Origin: Phoronis australis
Lineage: Eukaryota; Animalia; Phoronida
Reading direction: 5' to 3'
Assembly: GCA_002633005.1 (NCBI GenBank)
Contig: NMRA01001182.1
Location: forward strand, 1 to 42,428
Length of the DNA stretch: 42,428 nucleotides
This document shows, piece after piece, positions 24,501 to 38,900 of this stretch. The stretch's first letter is position 1, and each line of letters starts with the position of its first letter. The position numbers and the translations under genes were made by a program. Below the pieces are notes generated by a model. That model had not been told where the DNA came from. It was given only the letters and a program-made list of their open reading frames with translations, and made no database searches.

Positions 24501-27500
24501 AAAAGACGAAGCTGCCGTTAGACACTGAATTGAATTATGCAAGAGTAATTGCATTTTGTGTACATTTATATTTCGTTGAATCAACAGCATCCTTAAAAAT
24601 TGTCTGACTTTGGTGGGACCGTCAAGCTTTTTGAATATTTGCGCTGCGTCCACCCTCAGAATTACAATCTCCCACCTTTTGATACACGTGACAAGATAAT
24701 AAACCAACTTCGTATTTTCATTCCAAGGCACAACTTAAAATTTCGCGGGGGTTGTTTTGGGGTGTAATGCTACGGATATCGAGCCCTAGAATGTTAATGG
24801 CCTGGTTCCATGTGTCTCTAACTTAATCAGTTGCAAATGCTGGCAACTATGCAAGTGGTTGATTAACGTAAACATGGAGATATGCCAAAACTGATAAAAT
24901 TTCGTTCACACCTAGCACATATTCTTTCAAGAATACTTACGAAATGAGGTCACACGGAATGCCAGATAATGATATAGATATTCCGGACCAACTGCAGGTT
25001 TCCAGACCATGTCCCTTTATCGTGATTTTTGTTCCACCAGATTTTGGACCAATGAGAGGAGATATCTCAGTAATCGTGGGATTCTGAAGTAAATATGTTA
25101 TCATCAATTAACGTACAGTAACTGCATTTTTCGGCAAATCACATTTTAAGCCTGACTTGGGGACTCCAGGTACACGTACAAAATTTATTTTAAACTAGAG
25201 TAACCATGTTGAAAAATAAATTTTTACCTGTCATTCCACCAAAGCACCAAAAGGTCGACCCCAGGCCAGATCTTGAAAAACGGTTGTGTGTTCAAGCACC
25301 CTGCTAAGTAATGACCAAACAGTTTATTCCAACTTTTGGGCCCTTATTTTTAAGTAGATCACCACGAATATTTTGGCCCAAAAGACTATATTTAGTGCAA
25401 AGAGTTTGGGCTCATCAAGTAGTTTTAAAACAATTAAAAGAGTGAAAAACAATCTTTAAGTTGTTTAGGTAGACATAAACTCTCCTTGCGAAGACAGTCT
25501 GCATTTCCGTTAAACTTCACTGTATTATCAAAATTTGGTAAATTTTGCTCATTTTTGTATTTGATTTTTAACAAATTTTGAGTTGCTCTGCTGGCCAGTT
25601 TGGGGGGTCCTTGTTATTTCAACTATTTACCATCAGTTTGCTGTCGAATTGAGGATATTAGTACATGAAAAATGCTCGTTTCCAAGCAACAGCAGATAGA
25701 AAGGACGCATATGTACTATTGCGTAATTTACAGTCCTTAACTTCGTCGGGCACTATGCAGCTGAATCTAGTAAACATCGTAGGTTCATTTATTTTTGGAA
25801 ATATGTCTTCATAGAAATTCGACTACTGCTGGCATCCCGGTGGCAGTCTATAAAACTGGATTTCTTCGATGAAATTTTATGAAATTTGACCAAAATAATT
25901 CTATCCCGGAAGCGAAGGCAGGTGCATGTTTTCAGATGCTTCTAACACGTCTGCCCCATCATGAGCAATTGTAGCATTTCAGTGGCTTGTGCCCCTCGCC
26001 GGCTGCTACCTGACCCTCTGCCCCGGTAACGTCCACCATATTACCTAACAAGCGTTACATGAAATAAATATAATACATACACAGGAATAACACTGCCATA
26101 TTCCTTTTTTCCTTTTTTCTGGTAATGTACCAACGAGACTTGTTTGCATCATCGCCGCAAAACCATGTGGGCACTTCCCATCGAAATAAAAAAGAACAAT
26201 CCTAACAGTTTTAGCGCAAACACTGGAAACGTGTTACAAAGGCGGCATTATGTAACAGCGTGATTTCCAGATCTATCATCGTTAAGGCTAAACCTATGAT
26301 AGTTGAACCTGCCTTTCAGTTCAGCAAATCGCATGGGAGGTGCTCCATTGTTTCAGCGATGCGCCGCCCATGGTCACACAGGCAGACCAATATAGGGGGC
26401 TAGGGCTACATTGTATAGCCCCCAATTATTTCAATGCTGTGCGGCCCACAACATGTCGCCAAGGTGTCAGTGCCAATGCGAATTTTGATCTCTTTGACCA
26501 CTCCATTAGTTACATCTGCGTGGTTAAATTATGTTGAAAACTTTTGGGACGTAAAATACATAATCTTAGGAAAGAAAGAGATGTGATTTTGTTTTGCAGA
26601 CATCGATACTTTTTCTATTATGTAGGCTTTTACCTTCAAAGATAAATACTAATTTTAAGTTTGCCCACATCGTAAAGTCTCCTATCCTTAATTAAAAAAT
26701 TGCCCTTAAATAAGAGCCAAGTCGGTATTAAACATTAATGTTTCATTAAAAAGCACATGAATTATTCCAATGGACGTTAAACGTTTTGGGTACTAGCACA
26801 AGGCAAATATGCCATCACCTGTGCCTGCCTAACCTCTGACTCACTGTGAGTCGTGACCGCTGAATTGACAAAGTGGTGTGTGGATATGTCAGCCAGCATT
26901 ATGATATCTAAGATGTTCATTCCCTTTGCTCCTTATTCCTTGAACCACTTTACAATGTAAATGTAATGAAGTTACAAAGCACATTCGTTTAAAAAGTGTA
27001 GAATACGCTGTATTGGGATTTTTTAAAATAAACAATCAAAAAATAAATTCGAGAGAACTCCTAAATTTGTTCACACATACAACATCTATCCATAAAAATA
27101 TTTTGTCAGTATCCACAGCCCCGAAAACGAGCTTGTAGAAGCTCTTTAGTGACACTCACTTTTAACACCACAAACGATCACCCAGTTTAATCGCCCTTGT
27201 CAAGTAATAGAGGCAGCAAAATTATCTGACAAATTTTAGGTGGAAGTAACTATGTTTATTCAAAAAACTTTATCGTTCCTTAATTTTGGTTCGTCGATCA
27301 GAAGGTGGGTGAAAGTCTTTTACAGTAATATTAAGTCCTGTGTTGTCGTAAATGGTCACCCATCTTCTTGGTTCAATATTTCATGTGGCTGCAGACAAGG
27401 TGACCCATTGTCTCCCTACATTTTTATATTGTGCGCGGAGATTTTGGCGTATTTAATCAAGAATAATAAAAATATTGCTGGTGTAGTTGCTGGGAATAAG

Positions 27501-30500
27501 GAATATTTGATTTCGCAATATGCGGACGACACATCAATTACGTTGGATGGGTCGAATTTGTCATTGACTACCACACTGNAAATATATGCTTTACCTTACA
27601 AAATTACAAAGGATCCCCATATTAGATGGTTCCAATTTAGAATACTACATAGAATTATTGCAACAAATACCTTTTTAGTCAAAATATGTGTTAGGGATTC
27701 TGATCTATGTTCCTTTTGTAATAAAGCTCCAGAGACGCTGTCACACCTTTTTTGGGAATGTAGCTTTGTACAAGATTTCTGGAAGGAATTTGAAAAGCTA
27801 CTTCAAAAGTGTGGCATTCAGCTTCCCAACTGTCTGTCTTACGATATTGTTATTCTTGGACTTTACAAGACGCATGATTTTCTATTTAACATTTTGCTTC
27901 TGCTAACTAAACAGTACACTTACAAAGAGAGATGTCACAAAAATATACCTAATTTTCTCAAGTTCGTTACAAAAACTTATTAATACTATAATGCTGAAAA
28001 ATTAAATGCACACAAAAACTTTGTACATGACAGCTTCTCTGCAAAATGGGAAAAATTTATTGTTCATGTTAACTTCAAATAGACGATATTTACTTTAAAC
28101 GAGATATGAAAATGGTCTTCCTGAGGTGTGCATGCGTGAATGAATGGTGTACTTATTTGTTTGTTTGTTTTTGTAATTGTTTGTAAAGGATAATAAATAC
28201 ATAAAAAAACATTGTGCACGTTTTAGATATAAACATGTTTCCTGTTCCAAATATTTTTTTTGCAATTACCTTGTAAGAGAATGTAGTACCAAACTTGCCA
28301 ACAATTCCGTCCACAGCCACCTTTACCTCACCAACGGCTTGGTTACTTGGAGCAGTTTGACACACGATCTTACGAGACACGACGTACTCGATATCTATCG
28401 ACTCGCAAGGAACACCTGCAAGAGTAACTGCTCCCTTCACACTGGCAGCGCTGTAGCCCAAATTCATTCCACTCAATGTCACAAGTGTGCCGCCTTCTAG
28501 TGTCGTGTTGAGAGGAAATACCTGAAGTTAGTCCCGAGAGCTTTGAACTCACAATCCAACTGTACAACTTTGATTATTTGGGATAGATTACAATTGTGCA
28601 GGACAGTCAAGCATACGCTGGATGGCTAGACATTGTCAGCTAGAGACGGTGTAGCTCCTATAGAAGCTTCATACGCTGGAAGCTTTTTGGCAAATTACAT
28701 GTCTCACACTGAGTAAAACATCAAAGTCACGTTGACATACATGTACTTTTTGGGACACCTTAGGAGGCTGTCGATGCATTTAATTCCTTCCAACTGCAGG
28801 AAATACTCCCGTTCTCAAATATCTTCCTCGAGTAGTACCTGGTTCAGTTCCCAAAATCGGTAACTGAACATTTTCTACACAGCAAACGCCAGCCAGGAGA
28901 TATGATGTTATATCACCTCCGGCAGGCACTGTTAAAACGGCGAGTTTCCGATTTTGCGAACTGTCGGGGGACGGCTAGGAGAAAAAAAATGTTAACGAGA
29001 TGTATTTCTCCGAGTTAAAAAGAATCGAATTCATGGACGGCCTCCTAAGGTGTTCACCTATGCGCAAACGGCAATTATAGCAATGTGATTTTGATGCTTA
29101 AGTAAGTGTGAAGCATTATTCGCCGAAAATGTTCAGGCGTATGAAGTTCCTTTACACCTGTAGTTGCTACCCGTCCGCCTCTAGTCAGGTAGAGACTGTG
29201 GTCACTGTATAGCATATGGGTGCTATGATCCTTCTTCAGGATTAGAGAACCATTTATGCACCCGCATGGGTTCCGTAGTTAAATGCAGACTAGGGACATT
29301 AATCAAATAGTGTCTTACGACGGTCAGACATGAGAGCTATTTCACATCCCTACATTAGGTGTTAACAAATGTAACAGTATCCAAGCGAGGTATAGAGACC
29401 CGAGCTCCGTCTGAATCTACACGTGGTAATACCAGAATTCATTGCTAACGTGAGAGTAGTGTATAGTAGGATCTTCGTCTTCAATTCGTCGTCTTCTCCG
29501 TGAAGTTACATGCGTGCACCCAGCCTTTAATATGGGGGTTCGAATTTCTGGCGATGTGGACCTTTTGCTAATAAAGAAGCGAGAGGGCTAAAAAAACAAA
29601 AAAAAGGGCTATCACCTTCACTTTGCGTCTGCGCCTTTTTAGTAGACTTCTGTCTAGTTTTCTCTGACTTTTTGGTTCTGTGAGGTGAACCTTTTTGCCC
29701 ACTTCGCCAGGGACGGGGGAGGGGGGGATCGTTTGAGCCCCTCGAGCCCCCCTGGGTTCGCGCATGTGTTAGTTCCTAACTTATGACGAAGACCTTGCAA
29801 CTGTCCACATATTCGCACATACACATCTTATCGCGTAAACTAGATGTACACGTAAGAGCGACCTCCAGGAGGCGGTGGCATACGTTGTGACACTCTATAC
29901 CTGACGTCGGCGTTTGTTGAGTGCTACAGTACAACATACGCTGATGTGTGACGATGCATGTAGATGCCGGGTTACAAATGTATATGTCCTAAACAGTGAC
30001 TTATATTGTTGGACGAGTGAATGTATGTCTTTTGAAAACAAGGTCTACGATCTTTCGATCAATTTAGCGTTCTCGTCAAGCTTACATCTAGCAGTAGACA
30101 ACACGGCCCAAAACTGGTTCACACAAACACATATTTATTAATTTATTTATCTATCTATTGTGATGCATATTAAATCATCCTACATATTTTCATCGCAGCA
30201 ATATCTTGTCGTGTGATTTGGCTTGTTGTCATGACCCCATATACCACAGGTTTATATGCCAAACGCGTTACCTGAGCCGGTTAAGCATCAAGATTAAGTT
30301 AAAATCAATCATTCAATAATATTACAGATTTTTCAGTAACTTAGAAACAATACACCCGGAATTAGCAAGAGCAATGGTCGGGTGAAGACCTTCACTCACA
30401 GTACATCGCATCGGATGTGTTTCTAAGGGCCACTAGGAGGTGCTGTAGTAGTCGAATCAATCCAGAATCAAATGGTGCCTGCCCAATGTCATCATATACA

Positions 30501-31192
30501 TGTGCCGCTGAGTCAAGCTTCACTGAGATCTCCCTATCAGTTATCTACATATAATGCAGGATTGCTCTTCCGGAATCGTGCTCTTCCCCAAAAATCCATA
30601 AAAAAGCAATGTTACTATTACTATTACAGTCCAGAAGCTAAGACACGAAAATAGCCAAAAAAACTAAGAAATTCATCAAAAATAAAACGACGCAACGCTG
30701 CAATTTTATTGGATTTTTTCTAAGATCCCGATAAAGTTTGGATATGTTTGAATTCTTCAGTGCTTCAACTTGTATATTTCTTGTAATGAAAATTCTTATA
30801 AATTTAATAGAATAAAAAAACTTCTTGACTGGTTATTCAACACCTCCGCAGAATTAATGCGTAACCGATGGGATATCGTGCTTGGCACACACGTGATGAC
30901 ATATCTGGTTATTCAATACCTTCGCAGAACTGACGCTCAACTGACTTAGGGGTCGTGCTTGGCACTCACATGACGTTATACAACAACAAGCTGAAGCGCA
31001 AGGCATCAATATAGTACCCCGGTGATACAAATAAATTCATATACATGTACATGGGAAACATAGGCTACATGTATTTACATTTATAGGAATACTACTGCGA
31101 TATCCTATCTCGAATTGATTTCACCTGGGAATGTCTGTCTGGTTGGGACATTCCCACCAGTATGGGATAACCTACATCCGTACATGCTACAC

Positions 31193-31245
<53 letters not shown>

Positions 31246-31250
31246 TATAC

Positions 31251-31289
<39 letters not shown>

Positions 31290-31356
31290 ATATACACACA
31301 CATATAAATATTCACACACGCATACATATATATATATAAATGTGCGTGCGTGTGTT

Positions 31357-31404
<48 letters not shown>

Positions 31405-34400
31405 CGTGGAATTTATACAATTTTTGAGCAACGAAAATAGGTGTGCATACCGTTTTAATTTTAATGAGTTGACAGGGTCTCTTGAAACCACTTGGCGTAT
31501 AAATACACTTGACCTTCGACCATGCACAGCGGTAAGATTCGCTAATATTGTGACACATCCCGCACTCTGGACCAAGCACTGGACACTTGTACATCTCGGC
31601 TGTAAACGACAATTACATGTTGTGAAAAGTTTCATAAATGAACATAATGCCCTGGATTGAACACGTTTCTCCAGCATATACTTGCTCTATACATGTACAC
31701 CGATAGTACAGTATTCGTGTGTTTCACAAAGTTGACTCGCTAATTCTCAATGAGAACCGAGATACAGGGATTAGAAATAATTGCAGGGGTTGTGGTATGA
31801 GTTGTTGCGAAGGACGCAAGCAGCTCAGGAGGGGCCATTGTACTGACCACCTGCAACAATTTTAGCTATATATTAAAACGGTTAATCGAAGCCTAGATGT
31901 TGTGAATTGTTACTGTTGTATTCGGGGCAGTACTTTTAATGCATGTAGAAGTCACCGTAGAACAACCGCGATTGTGTCAATAACATTATGCCAATCGTGG
32001 TTACAAATTAAGACCGTCTACAAACAGAAATTACAGACTTACCCGGACAGATTGTGTGGTTGACGATTTGCAAAAAGCCTTGCCAAAGATGGCCTGATTA
32101 TGTTAGAGCACCACGATAAATAGTTTGCCTTTCACTCACCACTGATATTATGTGGGTTGTCAATTACGAAATCACCATTCCAGACAAGAGAAACCAAGAC
32201 TTCTTTCCGTTGGAAGCCCTCAGGGTAGTAATACTGAAAAAAAACATAATATTTTAGATGTGGAAACTCGATGCATAAACACTCCATTCCCTTCACTTAT
32301 GGGTTTTTCTCATGGGAACCGGCTTAGTTTGGCCGCGTCAGAGTCAGAAAGACTTCACGTGCTTTCTTTAGGAGTTGTACAGGAGCGCAAACAATGCACC
32401 TGCAAAAACAAATTTTGACCGGTTCTCCTTATTCTCAGTAGCATGGCTAAGCAGAAGAGTTTTCGAATCATGGCAGAAATGGATTCCGGTTTCAATGCTT
32501 TTTGAGATCTCACCTAGCTATCAATTATTTCACCTACATTTATACAAGTTTTCCAACACTATATTGCTTTGGGGCTCGCTCCAAGAAACTGACTTAAGTT
32601 CATTTTTCACTTAAGTCTAAGATGTGTCTCAAATTCAAAACTTTGAAAAATTTACATCTGATAAGACAACATTCAAGTCAAAAACTTTACTCAAACATAA
32701 GATCTCTTTTTTGAAATGATCTTGAGACAGACTTAAGTCTTATCTTAAAATTGACTGAAAGTTAAGATCTGCCTTAGCTAAGTCAGTTTTCTTGGAACGG
32801 GGCTTTAGTCGTCATACGTGTATACGTCACATGTTGGTCACATCAACTGACCTGTAGCCACAAGTAAAAGAAGATCTTGATATCAACGGGGTTCGAATGC
32901 CGGACTTTCTGCTAACCGTTCAGAAACCATAGGGGCATTTTTCTAGAAGTTTTGGAGAAAAAAATTACTTTGCTGTCGCACCTCAGTATTTCCCAAACAC
33001 GTGACAGTATCTCCTTGAACAGCTACCAAAGTTGTAAAAACTTTGTCGTCCACTTGGATTTTACACTCATATCCAGACTGACCATCCTAAAAAATGAAAA
33101 TACGATGATCTTCGACACATAAACAGGCTTGGGGTACAAAGGCAAAGGATTTGTTTTGAATGTATGCAGACACTGCCAAAATCCAACACAGCAGGGTAAT
33201 TCAGTTATTAACGACTGGGTTACAATAGATACATGTAACTGCCGAAAATCTACGTTAGTGTCCTCATCCTACTTTATGTTTGCAGGATAGTGGGGGTTGG
33301 TTTGAACATGGCGAGGACGGGGGTAACTTCCATGTGCCAAATGTTATGGCAGGTCAATCTATGTTCAGTAACGTTTATTGGACGATGATCGGCTGTTGCC
33401 GAATTGTCAAGTGAATAGATAGACGAGCATAGCCGGACGATCCGCATCCGGATCGGGAGCACACTGCACATTTAAAAGAACAAGAACGGTGCTGCCCCAA
33501 TTTGTGAAGTGACAACAACTGTCAGGCAATCGTGTGCAAAATCTGTTTGATATCTGCCAGGAAATCGAATGGTCCTTGACGTCATTCGAAGTAGTGTTTG
33601 TAATCTGGTGACTTCCGGCTGATTTTGACGCCAAAGCACTGTGAATACTAAGACGTGCAGCGGGCCTAGTCACCGGCCTCGTCATACATTTGTGCTGTTA
33701 AGTGCACCACTAGAACGAACTCTACTGAGACTTTGTAGTGGTCGCTGCTTTTAAGAAGTTCGCTGAGATAAAATCAAATTGTACAATGTAGACTACATGA
33801 AAGGCAGACGGTTTGGAGCTGGTGGAACAAATCATTGTTTAAAATGCTTAAAATGCGTGGATTGAAGAAATGTCGTTTGGTTTCAATACCACCTAACAAC
33901 GCCTTCTAAATCAATACTAGTCCAGATATCAATCTAGATCATTCTTCAACGTTCCCTGGCTGTTTCTCCGACACCCTTAACTCGCAGGTCAAATAGTTAT
34001 ATGTGTGAAACTGGTTAAAGATTCATTAAAACCATTCCTCAAGGGACACAGGAGAAAGGTAACCTAACACACCTATTTCGGCCTTTTATTATATTTCCTG
34101 GGGAAAATGATCCCTTATGTAACTTACCTTTCTGAGAGGAATTTCAGAAGCCAGACAGTCCGAAAATTCAGTCACCAGTTCTACTGACAATGCCGTCAAC
34201 TTACAGTGTGCATCTTCTACCTGAACCTGAGGGGATCAGCCCGATCATATCCGGTATGTCATCTGGCGGTCAAATTGTGACCAGTCTCGAGACAACTCTA
34301 TACTTCAATGGTAATTATTGCCTATCGTCGTAAAACATAATTTCTTATCGCTTTCCCTCCCATATACTTACAATACATACGATATGAAGAACTCGGTCAG

Positions 34401-35913
34401 GGTTCTAATCAATGCACTGAAAACTCCTTTAAAATATCAACCTCGTTCGCTTTTATGAGCTTATAAATTTGTACTGGGATGATGCGGCGTGGTTAGTTAA
34501 ATATCGTTTTCAGTGTATTGCTTTTGGGGAAGCAGCCTTTATACAAAACTCTTTAATACTTCATCGATAAAACTGTTACTGCCAAAATCACGCCATGGCT
34601 TCTTTTGTAAACTTCTGCCTTAGATCTTCCATTAAAGATAAAACAAATACTCAACTGACCATTGGTGTAGGCAAGTCCTTAGTCTTAAGTACAAATTCCT
34701 TTTTATTTCCACTGGGCAGCATTATTGGAGGTGTCGAAGCGTCAATCCGAGGGCAACTGGAGTCCGAGGTGACCTTTCCGGGCTGACAAACGGCATTGTC
34801 AGAAGGATGTACACACTTGTGATCAAAGACACACCACAGGCACCCCCATTGACTTCGTACACACGAGGTACATCTACAACCACGAAGCACGGGTGTACCG
34901 TACTTTAACCAGTGCTGTTTGAAACTCGTGCGAAATTCTATTCCTTTATCTGTCACAGATGTTTTGGTTGATTAAAATGAATACGTCAGGTAAAACGTTC
35001 AAAAGTGATCGAGCCTGAAACAGATAATCTCAAGCAATCTGTGTCTCAAAGGAAATACTTTTGCGTCAGGCGCAAGCTAGGGAACAGGGTCGAATATTTA
35101 GAAATGTTCTACTTACGTCTTGTGAAATTTACAGGAGAAGAACGTAAAACTTTTTGAAATAAACAAAACGCCAGTCTCCGATGAATTCAGTGAGAGTGGA
35201 ACTGTTACGTAATCTGAAAATAGAACATTTGGCAAACACTGGGTTTAGGACTTCCATACATGAAGATACATTAACAAGTGAATTGAAAACTAATAAACCA
35301 TATCATGTTGTCAGATGAAATTGCAGATATCGAGTGCCCAAAGGCCAATCCCATAATAAGAATTAAAGAGCAAAGCATAACGCGTCTTTGGAGTTTTCTT
35401 GTTCAGCTGCAACACACATAAAAGAGCCGGCAGCTTTTTTGGAACGTAAACGTAACGCCCGAAACCGTTTTTTGGGTTTATTAAAAGGAATGTGAAATTG
35501 CAGGTTCCGCAAGAACCCATGAAACACTCCGTCTTTTTCTTCAAAGCAGAACAGAGTGATAGGGCTACATTTATGTTACATAGGAACTAATGCAATGGTA
35601 TACACTACATGTACATGTACATGTAGAACATCATGTCAGGTTCGACGTGTGTCAAAAACCGGACCGTTTTGATAGTGTGGCGGTATAGTGAATCAATGGG
35701 ATAGTCCGCCAACAGTAGGGCAATTGGCCAGTACAATGTACAATGTCAGCAACACGAAGTGTTGAATTGGATTCTTTTACCATATAAACTTGTCAATTTT
35801 ATATAGAGGAAATAGGTGTATTGCAGATAGCATTCACTGCTCATTAATCAGACGAACAAAGACGGTGTGAGTAACAATGTACAATTGCATTAGTATAGAA
35901 ACAATTGAAAACA

Positions 35914-35964
<51 letters not shown>

Positions 35965-38900
35965 GCCCGCGCACACACACAGAGAAGAAGAAATGTTAAA
36001 ATTTATCATTTATTACAAATTAACTGCAACCATTCCTGGTATGGGATTAATATATTTATTCTAGTGATAGATACATATTACTGGAATAAATGTTAATTAC
36101 AGAAATAAGTGTTTATTCAGGTTGAAACGAATTTCAAGGGGATATCTCTCTAAACCTCCCTCCATCTTCCATGCTCTCTTGGTTGAGCGTCCATCAACTG
36201 CCTGGCTCGTATCTTAAGGTATTAACCATAGAAGTCTAGTCCTGGATTGCTAGCACCCGCACGCGTATCATAGGCTAAGTACGACATACACGTAAGTCCT
36301 ATTTATTACAGTAATAATTCGCGATTTTCTCAGTAATAACTCAATTACCCAATCACGAAAAATCCCGAAGTATTACTATTTTCAAAGTCATATTCATTAA
36401 GCCAATCATTGAAATTGCAACTTATTACTATAATAAATAGAACTGATGTCGCACTTGTTGAACATTGGATCTGTGTTATTCTCAAATAGTAGTCTTTTAG
36501 TTATGTTGCTACGCTTCTCTGGTTATCTTAGCCACTTTGAAATTTTATCTTCTTCCCCTCAGAAACAGTTGGCAGTGATGCACAGGCAAAATTGTGATGG
36601 CCTCCTATCTAGGAAGGGACTCCATCTGTGATGCATTCCTTAATATAAAATCAAGATTTAACAACAAGGAACTATTGGCTGTTTAATCCTTCATTGGAGA
36701 ACTCTCCAAAGGGTAAAATCCCACTTTAACATACATGTACCAGTGGCGTATTTAGAGAGGGCCAAGGTAGCAATGGCCCCCCTAAGAATTCTCCCAGATT
36801 CCATTTGGCAGTTGGGGGATGCAAATATCTGACGGGAAAAATCCCGGCCAATACTCTGCCTTGGCCCCCTTAACCCAAAATCCTGATCCTGATGTACTAC
36901 GGAAAGAGAGCGGTAATTGATTCCGTTCCTTTAGAGGAAACAAAAATTTGGCGGTGGATGCCATCAACAGCACTGACCCGAAAAGAACTGACGTCTCCAT
37001 ATAATGATGAGCTATTATAGAAACTGAAGGATAACTGAATGCGCACATGTATCATGAGGACCCTTCACCGTCAATTGGCAACATCGTAATTAACCGATAC
37101 ATAATTTCCTAAATGATAGTTGACTCAATAATTTCCTAACAGAGGGATTCCCAGGAGAATTGCAGCATTGTATTCCCTAACTATTGCCTAGTTCAATTTA
37201 AAAGCCAAAGCCATTTCGAGCTTGGAAGTTTGTGCGCCACCAGTTTCTTCTCGAAATTTTCCGGCTTATGGCAAAGTGCGTACCTGTAAACGATAAACAG
37301 AAGAAAGCCCCCGAAATAACCACTTCCAAACCTCGTTTCTGCATGTTGTCCCAGCCTAATACGCTTGTACCGTAGCTAGCATGTTTTTGTCCTGACGTCT
37401 GCAATTTTTGGGGGGAGTTCGCTCCTCGTTCCCGGTTACCTGCAGCCTTGCCAAATTTTACGAGCACTGCGCTTCTGTCCATTAATCAGCTAGTCCCTTA
37501 TTACATGTACATGTAGATTGACATGGTTATGTACTGTCGTCGTCTGCTCGCTTTTTCCAATAGTTTTTGGTTGATGCTGGCTGCAATTGGTCGGTTAATT
37601 AAACCTGATGTCCGGATGAAAATGATCTTAAATATCAAGCTAAGCAACATCGATTCAGAGCGGAAGTCATGGCACTCCCCATCAGAATACATCAGTGTTA
37701 ATTGGCGTGTTGTATCATGCTTTAGACTGCTCAACTGGACCTACTTGTGCATTTGAAAACTGGGACATGATATTTGTGTTAATACAAAATCACCCAATTC
37801 GTCATGTTTTCACCATTAGAGGAAAACCCATGGATTCACAGTTTGAATAATTGTAAAATGACACCCTGTATTGCTTTTATTATAACTGAAATTATAACAA
37901 TATCTTATATAACAGTAATTCTTGCTTGTGCAGGCTCAAGCTGCAACCTGAGTTAGTTTAACAATACTGCAACAAACCGTCATGTCCAGGAATCAATGTC
38001 CATCGGGGCGTGATGCAGCGAACACCAAATGGCATTTTAGTGGCAGGTGTGGAAGCACTCTGACCAAAGACGCATGTGAAAGTGTTGTCTTGGGGTAGTT
38101 GTGAAATAATTAACGACAACTGAAAAAAACAGAAGTTACAATCAGAATTTTAACTACATTACAGCTTCAACATTTGCTTAAATGAGCAATACAAAAGCGC
38201 AAATTGAACTAGCACGATCTTGGTTTGAGATCTGTATTGTTGTAAAATCGACCTCATTGAGTTGTTCACTCAAAAAACATATTAAAGTCTTGTTTATTGT
38301 GATTCCAACCAATAATCATTCTGTCCTCTACTAATGCACGGTAAGCTTTCAACTTGAATGCTAAAAGCAACACTCAACTAAAAAACGCGTAAACACGGTG
38401 TCACGGAATAAATTTTATGGTTCTTGGTGGGTTCATACATGTAGGGGTAAATATTAAAACTGAGAACTAACGTGTCCCTATTACCCTTACCTGACCACAA
38501 ACAACCGTGAATAGGCCTAGATGTGCACAAAAATATATCGAAACACGTTGCACCCTGCGGTTGATCATACATAGGTATTTCTATTTGAAATTCCGAGCAC
38601 TGAACTTACATTGATGTGTTGATAAGATGCATGTATAGATAATCGGTCAGTTGGTTCTATTTTTGAGAAAATAATGCACTGGTTAATATCCGCGTCGTAG
38701 TTGTACCATTTTCTTGAGATGCCTGCGGCCTGGCATTCAGATAACAGCGAACACCTAACAGAGTGAAAGGGAGTTGAAAATGTTCACATACATGTATTAT
38801 CAAAGTGTTAGTTCACTGAAACACGTACCCTTAAACACTGAGAAATGCACAGCACAGTGTACGAAAAATTTGGATACTTCTTAATAAAAACATAGAAATA

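Noticed and set aside
31092-31677. Several overlapping ORFs with YI/HT/CV repeats
   Set aside because: Microsatellite artefacts; only 31451-31599 is a real exon
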